Positions 63,650-64,000 of a stretch of DNA of 64,000 nt are shown one piece after another (the stretch's first letter is position 1; every line of letters starts with the position of its first letter). The translations under genes were made by a program, and so were the position numbers. This DNA comes from Lama guanicoe (Eukaryota): the NCBI GenBank assembly GCA_013239625.1, contig MU053933.1, forward strand, positions 2,443,026 through 2,507,025. Reading direction: 5' to 3'. Below the pieces are notes generated by a model that was given only the letters and a program-made list of their open reading frames with translations, did not search any database and was not told the origin of the DNA.

Positions 63650-64000
63650 TTTTGGGACAAACTTAGAAGAGGGCTCGTGGGGGACAACACTTACTGATTT
63701 CACAACATACTTTAAAGCCACAGTGATCGACAGTGGGGTTCTGGCACAGGGACAGACGTACAGACTAGCAGGCTGGAGCAGGGAGCCCAGAAATAAACCC
63801 TTGCACGCACGGCCAGGTGGCCTTGACAGCAGCACAAAGACTGCTCAGAGGGGAAGACGGTCTTTTCAACAAACGGTGCTGGAAAAACTGGACGTCCACC
63901 TGCCAAAGAATGGCGAGGGACCTTTACCTAACAGCGTGCGCAAATTGAACTGAAAATGGGTCAAAGACCTCAGCGTAGGACCTACAACAATACAACTCTT
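63650..64000 (+). mobile_element. Old L1 ORF2 fragment, continuing past the window end
   Basis: Translation LTDFTTYFKATVI resembles ORF2 LPDFKTYYKATVI. Nucleotide motifs gagcccagaaataaaccc and gtcttttcaacaaacggtgctggaaaaactgga. Confidence 0.85.

Noticed and set aside
27000..64000. A second protein-coding gene or a novel multi-gene system downstream of SLX9
   Set aside because: I could not assemble any phase-consistent exon chain or recognise any non-transposon peptide. lncRNA exons cannot be excluded from sequence alone.

Overview
GC-rich mammalian genomic DNA, most likely from a camelid (camel or alpaca), judged from two tRNA-derived SINEs resembling the camelid vic-1 family and from the L1 3' ends. 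The first 27 kb hold the last five coding exons of SLX9/FAM207A (C21orf70) on the + strand (1990-2098, 13723-13791, 20016-20166, 24431-24499, 25662-25782). They splice in phase through GT-AG introns into a 172-aa C-terminal fragment; the first exon lies upstream of the window. The rest is intergenic and includes a dense nested transposon block at about 42.4-56.1 kb, an apparently perfect 390-bp tandem duplication, a C-rich minisatellite spanning an assembly gap and several candidate enhancer islands. Almost all ORFs in the track are chance products of high GC content. I found no convincing novel biological system. The best leads concern SLX9 RNA processing, candidate regulatory islands and transposon nesting. 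All repeat family names come from recalled consensus similarity, not from a database search.
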